Below, piece by piece: positions 28,574 to 38,463 of a DNA stretch of 45,049 bases. How positions within the stretch are numbered: the stretch's first letter is position 1; each line of letters opens with the position of its first letter. The notes under the pieces are model-generated. The model saw only the letters and a list, made by a program, of their open reading frames with translations, was not told the origin of the DNA and made no database searches. The stretch is from an uncultured Pelagibacteraceae bacterium. GTDB taxonomy: Bacteria > Pseudomonadota > Alphaproteobacteria > Pelagibacterales > Pelagibacteraceae. The stretch covers positions 1 through 45,049 of the forward strand of contig CACIOV010000001.1 in assembly GCA_902588335.1 (NCBI GenBank), given 5' to 3'. The translations under genes and the position numbers were made by a program.

Positions 28574-29368
28574 TTATAGTACATCTTCATCTACATCTTG
28601 AACGCTAGTAATGACCGATTTTTTATTTAGATGTTTGTAATGAAAATAGCTTATTGGCATAAGAATAATATAGATTAAACCACTAAAAAATAAAGTTTCG
28701 AAAGTATAAAAAATTACAAGACTTAAGTATATTCCGATTCCTAATAATAAAAAAATTGTGAAATGTCGTGGAATTATAATTCTTTTTAATGAATAAGTGG
28801 GTATTTTGCTTACCATCAAAATTGATGTTATTAAAATTACAATAGAGCTTACAATTGCTGAACTTCCCAATTGATTTAATCCACTTAAGTTTAATATTAA
28901 GGGCAATAATACTAAACCAGCAGCTGCAGGGGATGGCACGCCTTCAAAAAAATTTATTTTCCATGTCTCATTTTCTTCAATAGTTGTTAGATTAAATCTT
29001 GCTAGACGCAGCGCACAACATACTGCATAAATTAAAACAAGCATCCATCCGAATTTTCCTATTTCATTTAAAGTCCAAAAATACATTATAAATCCTGGCG
29101 CAACTCCAAAACTAATAACATCAGTAAGAGAATCTAATTCTTTTCCAACCTTGGATGTTCCTTTTACTAATCTAGCTACCCTTCCATCCAAAGTGTCGAG
29201 TATTGCAGCGAAAGCTATGGCTATTACTGCCATGGAATAATTTATATCAATTGCAAATTTAATTGAACTTAAACCTAAACATACACCAAAAATAGTTAGA
29301 GCATTTGGTAAAAGAGACTTTGGATTCTTTTTTGAAATTAATTTAAATTCTTTTTTATTTTCAATCAT
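28574..29368 (-). CDS. pssA: CDP-diacylglycerol--serine O-phosphatidyltransferase
   Basis: 264 aa. The CDP-alcohol phosphotransferase motif reads DTLDGRVARLVKGTSKVGKELDSLTDV. A polytopic membrane protein, adjacent to psd. Confidence 0.9.
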   Translation of the reverse strand: MIENKKEFKLISKKNPKSLLPNALTIFGVCLGLSSIKFAIDINYSMAVIAIAFAAILDTLDGRVARLVKGTSKVGKELDSLTDVISFGVAPGFIMYFWTLNEIGKFGWMLVLIYAVCCALRLARFNLTTIEENETWKINFFEGVPSPAAAGLVLLPLILNLSGLNQLGSSAIVSSIVILITSILMVSKIPTYSLKRIIIPRHFTIFLLLGIGIYLSLVIFYTFETLFFSGLIYIILMPISYFHYKHLNKKSVITSVQDVDEDVL

Positions 29369-29369
29369 T

Positions 29370-30020
29370 TTAAATTTTCTTTGCTATTAAAGTTTCCCCA
29401 GAAATTGTTTTTTGATTTTTACGAACTAATATTTTATAATTTTCAAAATATAAATCAACTCTACTACCAAACCTTATAATTCCAAATTTATCTCCTTGTT
29501 TAATTTCATCGTTTTCTAAAACCTCACAAACAATTCTTCTGGCTATTAGTCCCGCTATTTGAACTAAAATTAATTCATCTCCATTATTATTCTTTATTCT
29601 AACATAATTTCTTTCATTATCATCGCTGGCCTTATCAAGAGAAGCATTTAAAAATTTTCCAGATTTATAAAATATTTTTGTTACTTTTCCTGATGAAGGA
29701 ACCCTATTAACGTGACAATTAAAAACATTCATAAAAATACTTACTCTAGTAAATTTTTTATTCTCTAAACCTAATTCATTTGGTCCGTTTGTTTGAATAA
29801 TTTGTGATATAATTCCATCTGCTGGACTAAGTAAGTAATTTTCATCATTAATTGGAAATCTTTTGGGATCCCTAAAAAAATAATACATCCATATAGTTAT
29901 AATTAAACTAATTATTCCAAAAAAATTAGAAATTAATAAAAGAATAAATGTTACGACAGCGGCAATAGCTAAAAATCTATAGCCTTCATCATGAAGTTTT
30001 GGAAATAAAATATCAATCAT
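29370..30020 (-). CDS. psd: Phosphatidylserine decarboxylase proenzyme (short alphaproteobacterial type)
   Basis: 216 aa with an N-terminal TM segment, HVNRVPSSG, and the self-cleavage region IIRFGSRVDLYF. Confidence 0.88.
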   Translation of the reverse strand: MIDILFPKLHDEGYRFLAIAAVVTFILLLISNFFGIISLIITIWMYYFFRDPKRFPINDENYLLSPADGIISQIIQTNGPNELGLENKKFTRVSIFMNVFNCHVNRVPSSGKVTKIFYKSGKFLNASLDKASDDNERNYVRIKNNNGDELILVQIAGLIARRIVCEVLENDEIKQGDKFGIIRFGSRVDLYFENYKILVRKNQKTISGETLIAKKI

Positions 30021-30093
30021 ATTTATATACTTTGTAATTTTAAGCTAATATGTATATTAAGTAATTAAATTCAATTAATAAAATTGAAATATA

Positions 30094-31308
30094 ATGGCTA
30101 AAATTAAAGTAAAAAATCCCGTAGTTGAGCTAGATGGTGATGAAATGACGCGAATAATATGGGATTTTATCAAAAAAAAACTAATTCTTCCTTATCTCGA
30201 TATAGATATCAAATATTACGATTTAGGCATAAAAAATAGAGACAAGACATCAGATAAAATAACGATAGATAGTGCCAATGCCATAAAGAAAATTGGAGTA
30301 GGAATTAAATGTGCAACGATCACTCCTGACGAAAACCGTGTAAAAGAATTCAAACTAAAAAAAATGTGGAGATCTCCAAATGGTACTATTAGAAATATCC
30401 TGGGTGGAACAGTTTTTCGTGAACCTATAATTTGTAAAAATATTCCAAAATTGGTTCCCAGTTGGACAAATCCAATTGTGATAGGAAGACACGCTTTTGG
30501 TGATCAATATAGAGCAACAGATTTTAAAGTTCCGGGTAAAGGTAAGTTAGAAATGAAATGGACATCAGAAGATGGAAAAGAAAAAAAAGAATTTGAAGTT
30601 TTTAATTTCAGTGGACCTGGTGTTGCTTTGTCAATGTACAACTTAGATCAATCTATTAAAGATTTTGCTAGAGCTTGTATGAATTATGGCCTAAATAGAA
30701 AATGGCCAGTTTATCTTTCTACAAAAAATACGATTCTAAAAAAATATGATGGAAGATTTAAAGATTTGTTTCAAGAAGTTTATAAAAAAGAATTTGAAAA
30801 AAAATTTAAAGAAAGAAAAATAACTTATGAACATAGACTTATAGACGATATGGTTGCGTGCGCAATGAAATGGAATGGAAATTATATTTGGGCATGTAAA
30901 AACTATGATGGCGATGTTCAGTCAGATACGATTGCTCAGGGATTTGGTTCATTAGGCCTTATGACAAGCGCTCTGATATCACCAGATGGCAAAATTATAG
31001 AATCTGAAGCAGCTCATGGAACCGTCACTAGACATTATAGAATGCACCAAAAAGGTGAAGAAACTTCAACAAACCCCATAGCTTCTATCTTTGCATGGGC
31101 AAGAGGTTTGTATCATAGAGGAAAGTTAGATGGTAACGAGGATTTAAAAAAATATGTAAAAACTTTAGAAAAAGTTTGTATACAAACTGTTGAGAGTGGC
31201 TCTATGACCAAAGATCTAGCCATTTTGATTAGTAAAAATCAAAAATATTTTACCACAAATCAATTTCTAGAAGCTATAGATTCTAATTTAAAAAGAAGTC
31301 TTAATTAA
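30094..31308 (+). CDS. icd: NADP-dependent isocitrate dehydrogenase (about 404-aa eukaryote-like subfamily)
   Basis: 404 aa with [49 protein letters not shown] and [10 protein letters not shown]. Confidence 0.95.
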   Translation: MAKIKVKNPVVELDGDEMTRIIWDFIKKKLILPYLDIDIKYYDLGIKNRDKTSDKITIDSANAIKKIGVGIKCATITPDENRVKEFKLKKMWRSPNGTIRNILGGTVFREPIICKNIPKLVPSWTNPIVIGRHAFGDQYRATDFKVPGKGKLEMKWTSEDGKEKKEFEVFNFSGPGVALSMYNLDQSIKDFARACMNYGLNRKWPVYLSTKNTILKKYDGRFKDLFQEVYKKEFEKKFKERKITYEHRLIDDMVACAMKWNGNYIWACKNYDGDVQSDTIAQGFGSLGLMTSALISPDGKIIESEAAHGTVTRHYRMHQKGEETSTNPIASIFAWARGLYHRGKLDGNEDLKKYVKTLEKVCIQTVESGSMTKDLAILISKNQKYFTTNQFLEAIDSNLKRSLN

Positions 31309-33976
31309 TTTTCTTCCTTAGAGTTTTGAAAGCCTCTTCTATTTTATCTTTATTCACACCACCCGCTTGTGCAAAATCCTTTCTGCCTCCCCCTCCTTTA
31401 CCACCAAGCTCTTTAGAAGCAATCTTTACGAGTTCTATTGCATCATATTTTTTAGTTAACTCTTTTGTTACACCAACTGCTACACCCACTTTTCCTTCAA
31501 AAGTGGAAAATCCAACCACGATACCTTCTTTAATATCTTTTTTGCTACGATCTACCACGCTTCTAAGTTCTTTCGGAGGAAAATCTGTAAGAACTTGGTA
31601 TCTTAAAGTAAAAGAACCTATTTTTTTATCCTTAATAACATTCTTGTTTTTATCCTTAATAATATTTTGAATTTTAATAGTCTCTAATTGCTTGTTAAGA
31701 TTTTTTATATTTATAGATAACTCTAAATCATCATTATGATCAGGTTTGACTTTATATTTTGATAATTCTTTTTTAATTGAATCTATTTGATCTTTTAAAG
31801 TTTTTTCTTTTAAAGACTTGTCTTTTCTTAAAGATTTCTCATAAATTTCTAATTGCTTGTCTCTTAAAGCCTCAACTCTTCTAACCCCAGCCGCAATTGA
31901 TGACTGGTCTATTATTTTAAACTTTCCAATATCTTTTGTATTTTTAACATGCGTTCCTCCACAAAGCTCAGTTGAAAAATAACCATCATTTTCTTTTCCC
32001 ATAGATAAAACTCTAACTTCATCTCCATATTTTTCACCGAACATAGCTAAAGCACCTTTTTCTACTGCTTCTTTTGGTGTCATAATTCTAGTTTTAACGT
32101 CCGCTGCGGTGTTGACCATGTCATTAACGTATCTTTCTATTTTTTCAATTTCATTTTTTTCTATAGGTTTATTATGACTAAAATCAAATCTAAGTTTTTC
32201 GGAACTCACTAAAGAACCTTTTTGAGTAACATGCTTACCAAGTGTTCTTCTTAAAGCTTCATGAAGCAAATGCGTAGCTGAATGATAAGCTCTAGCATTA
32301 TTTCTCCTGTTAATGTCGATTTCCATATTTACACTTTGATTAACTTTTAAAGAACCTTTGTCGATTTTTCCGAAATGTACATGAAGATCACCTATTTTCT
32401 TTTGAGTATCTTCAATAACTACCTTGCAATTGTTAGAATAAATTATTCCTTTGTCACCGACCTGACCCCCAGACTCAGCATAAAAAGGTGTTTGGTTGGT
32501 AACTATTTCAACTTCATCACCAGTTGTCGCTTCTTCCACAAAATTCTTACCTTTTGATATTTTAAGAACGACTCCTTCAAGTTTATCAAATTCATAACCT
32601 AAAAACTCTGTGGCATTGAGTTGCTCTCTAACTTTAAACCATTTTTCTTCTAAAGATTTATCACCAGATCCTTTCCAATTAGCACGAGCTAATTTTTTAC
32701 TTTTTTCCATTTCTTTATCAAAACCAGCGTTATCAACTTTAATATTTTTATTTTTTAAAATATCTGCTGTAAGATCTAATGGAAAACCATAAGTATCATA
32801 TAATTTAAAAGCAACTTCACCAGGAAAAGAATTATTTTTTACTTTATTTAAATTTTCATTTAAAATTTCTATACCTCTATTAAGCAATGAAGAAAATTTT
32901 TCTTCCTCTGTTTTTAATGTCTCTGTAATTAATGGTTCGGCTCTTTTTAATTCTGGATAAGAATCTGACATTTCTTTAATTAATGTTGGTACCATTTTAT
33001 AAAAAATCGGCTCCTTGCTACCCAACGTGTGTGAATGTCTCATTCCTCTTCTCATTATTCTTCTTAGCACATAACCTCTACCTTCATTTGAAGGTAAAAC
33101 TCCTTCTGCAATCAAAAATGAACTAGCTCTAAGATGGTCTGCAATGACTCTGTGGCTTGCTATATTTTCTTTAGTCGCTTTACTTTTAGTCAAATTTGAA
33201 GAAGCTTCGATTAAATTTTTAAAGTGATCTATCTCATAATTGTCATGAGTGCCTTGTAGTAAAGCCGAAATTCTTTCTAAACCCATTCCTGTATCTACTG
33301 ATGGTTTAGGCAAATTTATTCTTTTGTTTTTTGAAATTTGTTCAAATTGCATAAATACCAAGTTCCATATTTCGATAAAACGATCTCCATCTTGATCTTT
33401 GCTGCCTGGAGGCCCTCCTTTTAAATGTTCTCCATGGTCATAAAATATTTCTGAACATGGTCCACATGGACCTAAATCTCCCATCGACCAAAAATTATCA
33501 TTTGTGGCTATTTTATAAATTTTATTTTCCGGTAGCCCTGCAATTTTTTTCCACAAATTAAAGGATTCTTTGTCTTGATCATAAACACTCACGCTGAGTT
33601 TATTTTTTGGTATTTGAAACTCTTTAGTGATTAAATTCCATGCAAATTCAATAGCAACATCCTTAAAATAATCACCAAATGAAAAATTTCCTAACATTTC
33701 AAAAAAAGTGTGATGCCTTGGTGTATAACCAACATTTTCTAGGTCGTTGTGTTTTCCGCCAGCTCTAACACATTTTTGAGATGTAACAGCCCTTTTATAA
33801 TCTCTTTTTTCAAGACCTGTGAAAACATTTTTAAATTGAACCATGCCAGAATTTGTAAACATTAACGTTGGATCATTGCTTGGTACTAAGTTACTAGAAT
33901 CCACAATTTTATGTTTGTTGTTGGAAAAGTAGTTTAAAAATGCTTTTCTTACGTTTTTTAGTGTTTTTTTAGCCAT
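31301..33976 (-). CDS. alaS: Alanyl-tRNA synthetase
   Basis: 891 aa with [23 protein letters not shown], the editing-domain HSATHLLH and CGGTH, and a C-terminal GGKGGGG (DHHA1). Confidence 0.97.
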   Translation of the reverse strand: MAKKTLKNVRKAFLNYFSNNKHKIVDSSNLVPSNDPTLMFTNSGMVQFKNVFTGLEKRDYKRAVTSQKCVRAGGKHNDLENVGYTPRHHTFFEMLGNFSFGDYFKDVAIEFAWNLITKEFQIPKNKLSVSVYDQDKESFNLWKKIAGLPENKIYKIATNDNFWSMGDLGPCGPCSEIFYDHGEHLKGGPPGSKDQDGDRFIEIWNLVFMQFEQISKNKRINLPKPSVDTGMGLERISALLQGTHDNYEIDHFKNLIEASSNLTKSKATKENIASHRVIADHLRASSFLIAEGVLPSNEGRGYVLRRIMRRGMRHSHTLGSKEPIFYKMVPTLIKEMSDSYPELKRAEPLITETLKTEEEKFSSLLNRGIEILNENLNKVKNNSFPGEVAFKLYDTYGFPLDLTADILKNKNIKVDNAGFDKEMEKSKKLARANWKGSGDKSLEEKWFKVREQLNATEFLGYEFDKLEGVVLKISKGKNFVEEATTGDEVEIVTNQTPFYAESGGQVGDKGIIYSNNCKVVIEDTQKKIGDLHVHFGKIDKGSLKVNQSVNMEIDINRRNNARAYHSATHLLHEALRRTLGKHVTQKGSLVSSEKLRFDFSHNKPIEKNEIEKIERYVNDMVNTAADVKTRIMTPKEAVEKGALAMFGEKYGDEVRVLSMGKENDGYFSTELCGGTHVKNTKDIGKFKIIDQSSIAAGVRRVEALRDKQLEIYEKSLRKDKSLKEKTLKDQIDSIKKELSKYKVKPDHNDDLELSINIKNLNKQLETIKIQNIIKDKNKNVIKDKKIGSFTLRYQVLTDFPPKELRSVVDRSKKDIKEGIVVGFSTFEGKVGVAVGVTKELTKKYDAIELVKIASKELGGKGGGGRKDFAQAGGVNKDKIEEAFKTLRKKIN

Positions 33977-34019
33977 CTATCTTATAAATACAGTTTTTTA
34001 GAATGATGTCTAGACGAGA

Positions 34020-34047
34020 AGAAAGGTGCTTTTACAAGCACCTTTCT
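34020..34047 (-). terminator. Perfect 12-bp stem / 4-nt loop hairpin downstream of recA (candidate recA terminator; weak U-tract)
   Basis: AGAAAGGTGCTT-ttac-AAGCACCTTTCT lies 26 nt past the recA stop and 44 nt upstream of the alaS start codon. On the minus strand the trailing sequence is TCTCGTC, so there is no canonical U run. Confidence 0.45.
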
Positions 34048-34072
34048 ATTAGAGAGCTAACTGTTAATTGTT

Positions 34073-35170
34073 TTAATTTTTTTTAGTTGTATCGGTTTTT
34101 TCAACCGCTGGGTTTCCTTCGATTTTCTTAGAAATTAAGCCTGCTTTTGTTCGAATGGCCATTTCAATCTCCGCGGCAATTTTAGGATTTTTTTCAAGAA
34201 AAATTTTGGCATTTTCTCGACCTTGACCAATTTTTTCTCCTTTGTAAGCATACCATGCGCCAGATTTTTCAACTATTTCAGCTTTCGCACCCAGATCGAT
34301 CAATTCTCCTGATTTGCTGATACCTTTACCATACATCAAATCAAATTCTACAACTTTGAACGGAGGGGAAACTTTATTTTTTACTACTTTAACTCTTGTA
34401 GAGTTACCAATAATTTGTTCTTTTTCTTTAATAGCACCTATTCTCCTAATATCCATTCTAACTGAAGAATAAAACTTTAAAGCATTTCCACCTGATGTTG
34501 TTTCTGGGTTTCCAAACATTATTCCAATTTTCATTCTTATTTGGTTAATAAATATAACCATGGTATTAGTTTTTGCTATTGAACTTGTTAATTTCCTAAG
34601 AGCTTGGCTCATCAATCGTGATTGCAAACCAACATGATGATCGCCCATTTCTCCTTCTAGTTCTGCTCTTGGTGTCAACGCTGCAACAGAATCGACTACC
34701 AAAACTGAAATAGACCCTGACTTGATTAATGTATCAGCTATTTCTAAAGCTTGCTCACCAGTATCTGGTTGGGATATTAAAAGTTCCTCAGTTTTTACAC
34801 CTAATTTTTTAGCATAAATTGGATCTAGAGCGTGTTCAGCATCAACAAAACCACAAATTCCACCTGTTTTTTGAGATTCCGCTATTACTTGTAGAGCCAA
34901 AGTTGTTTTTCCAGATGATTCTGGACCATAAATTTCTATAACTCTACCTTTTGGAAGTCCTCCAATTCCAAGAGCCAAATCCAAACTCAAAGATCCTGTT
35001 GATACAGCTTCAACATTTATGGCTGCCTTTTGGCCAAGTTTCATTACTGAACCTTTTCCAAAGTTTTCATCTATTTGGCTGATTGCTGCTTCTAAAGCTT
35101 TATTTTTCTCTTTAGCTTCTACTTCTTGATTTTTGCCTGATTTCACTATTTTTAAGTTATTTTTAGTCAT
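34073..35170 (-). CDS. recA: Recombinase RecA
   Basis: 365 aa with Walker [10 protein letters not shown], then FVDAEHALD and VVDSVAAL, plus the L1/L2 loop regions. Confidence 0.98.
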   Translation of the reverse strand: MTKNNLKIVKSGKNQEVEAKEKNKALEAAISQIDENFGKGSVMKLGQKAAINVEAVSTGSLSLDLALGIGGLPKGRVIEIYGPESSGKTTLALQVIAESQKTGGICGFVDAEHALDPIYAKKLGVKTEELLISQPDTGEQALEIADTLIKSGSISVLVVDSVAALTPRAELEGEMGDHHVGLQSRLMSQALRKLTSSIAKTNTMVIFINQIRMKIGIMFGNPETTSGGNALKFYSSVRMDIRRIGAIKEKEQIIGNSTRVKVVKNKVSPPFKVVEFDLMYGKGISKSGELIDLGAKAEIVEKSGAWYAYKGEKIGQGRENAKIFLEKNPKIAAEIEMAIRTKAGLISKKIEGNPAVEKTDTTKKN

Positions 35171-35218
35171 AATTTGCCTTTTTTTTTAAAATTTAATTAA
35201 CGAATCATAAATATAAAT

Positions 35219-35233
35219 GTACACATTTTGTTC
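35219..35233 (-). promoter_or_regulatory. Candidate LexA (SOS) box upstream of recA, one mismatch from the alphaproteobacterial direct repeat
   Basis: The plus strand reads GTAC-acatttt-GTTC (minus strand GAAC-N7-GTAC), 49-63 nt upstream of the recA ATG. The alphaproteobacterial consensus is GTTC-N7-GTTC / GAAC-N7-GAAC. Confidence 0.45.
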
Positions 35234-35293
35234 TTTTTATCAATAGTTAATAAAATCCTTTAAATTCAAGACTTTCTAACAATATGAAAAAAT

Positions 35294-36577
35294 TTATTGT
35301 TTTAAATTTAATTGCTTTGCAGTAAGTCTGCCTACCGCTGATAAAAGATTAAATTGAGATATAAGAAAATTTCTTTCTGAAATTGCCAGATTTATTCTGG
35401 AATCCAGCAAAATTGTTCGTGATTGGATAACTTCCAAAGTGGTTCTGCTATTTCCAGATTCATATTCTAATGTTATTCCTTCATTTGCAATTTCTGCAGC
35501 TTTTACCTGTGATCTTATTGCATCTAATACACTTTTAGAAGATTGGTAATTGGACCAAGCATTAGCCACGTCTGTTTCTATTTTCTTTTTACTATCCTGT
35601 AATAAAAGTTCTTTCTGATTTCTAAGCTCCTGTGATTTTCTTAAACTAAATAAATTACTTCCTCCTGCAAACAAAGGCCATGTTGCAGTAGCTTTTACAG
35701 TTTGTTGAGTTCTATCTTGTACAGTAGAACTAAAATCGTCTTGTTCAGCAACTTTATAGGATACTGTAGCAGAAGGAGAAAGATCTGAACCAGCAATAAT
35801 TACATCTAGTTTCGCTTGTTTAAATTCCAGTGAAGATATTTGTAAATCAGGATTTTCAGAATTAGAAATGGCATAAGCAGCACTTAGGCTTTCGGGTAAA
35901 TTTAAATTTATTTCTATATTTTCTTGAATATTGTCTGTTGGCGATTTTCCGACAACTTTTTCAAAATTTGCTTTGCTAGTTACTAGATCATTTTGAGCAG
36001 TAATTAGTTGTGCTCTTGCGCCTGCAAGAGATGATTCTGATTGGGCCAAATCTGTTAGACTTATTTCGCCTTTCTCAAGTCTATTTTGATCAGTCTCAAC
36101 TTGTCTTTCAAGTAAATCGATATTCATCAAATTAATGTTTACTTTTTTTCTATTTAATAATAATTTGGTGTGAACTTTAGCAGCTTCTAATAAAATTTCC
36201 TGTTCAATTTTTTTAAGCTTAAATTCTCCTAATGTTTGTCCGTGTTTTTTTTTTATAAAATTTGCAACTCCACTACCGCCTTGAAAAACTTTTTGTTCTA
36301 TTGTCACCGATTGTTCAGAAGGTTCAAAATTTGTATCATCCCCTGGATTTGTATTTTCTTGTTCGCTCACATAACCTTCAAGTGTAACACTTGGAAGAAA
36401 TTCACTAACAGATTCTCTTTTTTCTTCTCTTGAGGCACGCATGCTAGCCCTTTCTGCATTTAATTTAGGATTTTTCGAATAAGCTGAACTCAATGAATCT
36501 AATAATGTATTTGCTCTAGACTCTATAGGAATTAAAGCAAACGATATGATTAAAATAATTTTAAAAAAATATTTCAT
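35294..36577 (-). CDS. tolC: TolC-family outer-membrane efflux/secretion channel
   Basis: 427 aa with a signal peptide (IILIISFALIPIESRA), an N-terminal LLDSLSSAYSKNPKLNAERA block, and two OEP repeats. Confidence 0.85.
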   Translation of the reverse strand: MKYFFKIILIISFALIPIESRANTLLDSLSSAYSKNPKLNAERASMRASREEKRESVSEFLPSVTLEGYVSEQENTNPGDDTNFEPSEQSVTIEQKVFQGGSGVANFIKKKHGQTLGEFKLKKIEQEILLEAAKVHTKLLLNRKKVNINLMNIDLLERQVETDQNRLEKGEISLTDLAQSESSLAGARAQLITAQNDLVTSKANFEKVVGKSPTDNIQENIEINLNLPESLSAAYAISNSENPDLQISSLEFKQAKLDVIIAGSDLSPSATVSYKVAEQDDFSSTVQDRTQQTVKATATWPLFAGGSNLFSLRKSQELRNQKELLLQDSKKKIETDVANAWSNYQSSKSVLDAIRSQVKAAEIANEGITLEYESGNSRTTLEVIQSRTILLDSRINLAISERNFLISQFNLLSAVGRLTAKQLNLKQ

Positions 36578-36579
36578 TT

Positions 36580-37503
36580 CTATGATCTAAATAATACCCT
36601 TTTTATTTTATGATTTTTATTCAATAACATAACAACAGATGCAGATTTACTTAAATCTTTAATCATTTGCAAAGTAATTCTTTGATAAAACATTATAAAA
36701 CGCTTTATTTCATCAAAGGACATTATTTTTTTTCTAGATTGCGACTTTTTTTTCAATTTATTTTCTTGCAATAACCTCCATTTAAAAACCATATTAAAAT
36801 TTGGAATTTTCATAAAAATATAATAATCAATCATTGCAAAAATTTTTTTGTATTCCTTCTTAAGTTTTTCATTTACAAATTTTCTCCATATCAAATCTCT
36901 ATCCTCATATTTTTCAAGAATGTTTATTGGTTTTTTAATTAAAGAATTTGATTGGGGTTTAGCTCCAACACACCAACCTTCCAATATTACTATTTCTGGC
37001 TTTTTTTTCATATTAAACCAGTATTTTTTTTTTAAACGGTCATCTATTGATTTATCAAACTTTGGTAATTTTATTTTTCTAAATTTTTTTCTTCTTGTAA
37101 AATAAAAAAGTTTTTTTATCAAATCTGTATCATGTGTACCTGGAACTCCCCTGGTTTTGAATAAAGAATGTGTTGTGTATGACATTTTGTTTCGCTCTCT
37201 TAATGTTTTGTAAAAATCATCAATAGAACTAATATGAATTTCTCTTTTAAAAAATTTTTTTAAAATAATTTTTAGAATTTTTACAACCGTAGTTTTGCCA
37301 GAGCCCTGCCCACCTGAAAGGCCCAGGAATAAAGTGTTTCCCTTTTTTTTATATTTATTTTCGATCCAAAATGAAATAGGTATGTAAGTTTTTTTCAAAT
37401 TTTTTATTTCGGCAGCTATAGATTTACTAAAAATTTTTTCTTTATTTAAAAATTTTAAATAATCATTTTTTACTTTCAAAAAACAATCTTCTGTTTTTTT
37501 CAT
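36580..37503 (-). CDS. P-loop kinase of the D-glycerate 3-kinase (GLYK/Tda10) family
   Basis: 307 aa with YIPISFWI...LGLSGGQGSGKTT...SIDDFY...RGVPGTHD...LPKFDKS...ILEGWCVG. This pattern matches plant/cyanobacterial-type glycerate 3-kinases. The assignment is by motif recall only. Confidence 0.6.
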   Translation of the reverse strand: MKKTEDCFLKVKNDYLKFLNKEKIFSKSIAAEIKNLKKTYIPISFWIENKYKKKGNTLFLGLSGGQGSGKTTVVKILKIILKKFFKREIHISSIDDFYKTLRERNKMSYTTHSLFKTRGVPGTHDTDLIKKLFYFTRRKKFRKIKLPKFDKSIDDRLKKKYWFNMKKKPEIVILEGWCVGAKPQSNSLIKKPINILEKYEDRDLIWRKFVNEKLKKEYKKIFAMIDYYIFMKIPNFNMVFKWRLLQENKLKKKSQSRKKIMSFDEIKRFIMFYQRITLQMIKDLSKSASVVMLLNKNHKIKRVLFRS

Positions 37504-37871
37504 TTTTTTTTATCAAGAGGATGATTGATTCCGTCGTTAACCGTAATATTTTCTAACTCAAAAGGTTTTACTCCTTCTATACACGCAACGTTTATCATAT
37601 AAACTTTATCATGATTGCTTCTTGGGTTTGAATGAGTATAAATCCCACACTTTGAACAAAAATAATGCTCAGCTACTTTTGTATGGTATTGATAAAGTGT
37701 CAAAAGATCTTGCCCTTTTATAATTCTAAAATTTTTTGGATCAACTGGCGTCATTATGTAACCTCTTCTTTTACAAAGAGAGCAGTTACATCTCATAAGT
37801 TTTTCAAATCCCGTTTCAGGTAGCCCAGCCTGAATTTCTACTCCTCCACAATGACAAGTTAGTTTTTTCAT
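37500..37871 (-). CDS. GFA-family (glutathione-dependent formaldehyde-activating enzyme / CENP-V-like) zinc protein
   Basis: 123 aa with the Cys-rich pattern CHCGGV...CNCSLCKRRG...FCSKCG characteristic of the GFA fold. Has an ATGA overlap with the downstream kinase. Confidence 0.75.
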   Translation of the reverse strand: MKKLTCHCGGVEIQAGLPETGFEKLMRCNCSLCKRRGYIMTPVDPKNFRIIKGQDLLTLYQYHTKVAEHYFCSKCGIYTHSNPRSNHDKVYMINVACIEGVKPFELENITVNDGINHPLDKKK

Positions 37872-38052
37872 TTTTTATAATTTAAATTTTTTAGCATGGT
37901 TTTCATATTCTAGTAACACTTATCCACAACTTAACTAAATCTAGTTTTGATGTTCATGTTTTGATTCATTTTAGATTCTTGTTTGGACTCAAAATACAAC
38001 TTATTGGACGCTTTTCTACGTATTGCTATATCTTCTTTCGTATTATAAATTA

Positions 38053-38067
38053 GAACAAAGATAGAAC
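38053..38067 (+). promoter_or_regulatory. LexA (SOS) box, a perfect alphaproteobacterial direct repeat GAAC-N7-GAAC
   Basis: GAAC-aaagata-GAAC ends 3 nt before the umuD ATG (38071). A TTGCTA (38023-38028) / TATAAA (38044-38049) promoter-like pair lies just upstream. Confidence 0.7.
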
Positions 38068-38070
38068 ATT

Positions 38071-38463
38071 ATGAAATTAATATTACCATTTCACGTGAGT
38101 AAAGTTGGAGCCGGCTTTCCTTCTCCTGCAACAGATTATGTAGAAGATGACATCGATCTCAACTCTCATTTGATAAAAAATATACCATCAACATTTCTTA
38201 TTAGAGTGCAGGGAAAATCTATGAACAATATTGGAATTCGTGATGGTGATCTTTTGGTGGTAGATAGAAGCTTAAATCCAAAAAACTTTTCAACTGTAAT
38301 TGTTAATGTGAATGAAGAATTGGTTGTAAAAAGTTTTGTAAAAGAAAAAAATGAATCTTTTTTAACTTCTGGATCTAAAAATTTAAAAGATAAAATTAAT
38401 TTGACTGAAAATCCCGAAATATTTATTTGGGGTGTAGTAACTTACGTTATTCATGCTTTATAG
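38071..38463 (+). CDS. umuD: DNA polymerase V subunit UmuD (LexA-like S24 self-cleaving peptidase)
   Basis: 130 aa with the cleavage-site region KVGA|[11 protein letters not shown], the Ser nucleophile in VQGKSM, and Lys in ELVVKSF. Confidence 0.9.
   Translation: MKLILPFHVSKVGAGFPSPATDYVEDDIDLNSHLIKNIPSTFLIRVQGKSMNNIGIRDGDLLVVDRSLNPKNFSTVIVNVNEELVVKSFVKEKNESFLTSGSKNLKDKINLTENPEIFIWGVVTYVIHAL

Noticed and set aside
37920-37928. Perfect DnaA-box 9-mer TTATCCACA in the GFA/umuD intergenic region. I considered a possible oriC or DnaA-regulated promoter.
   Set aside because: It is a single isolated box with no cluster of boxes and no AT-rich unwinding repeats beyond the genomic background. One such match per roughly 45 kb on both strands is about what chance predicts at this base composition.
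37952-37978. Degenerate direct repeats GTTC-N8-ATTC-N7-ATTC in the same spacer. I considered a second LexA operator facing the GFA-kinase-tolC operon.
   Set aside because: Half-sites deviate from GTTC and the first spacing is wrong. In T-rich DNA, xTTC repeats are common. This is not supportable without binding or conservation data.
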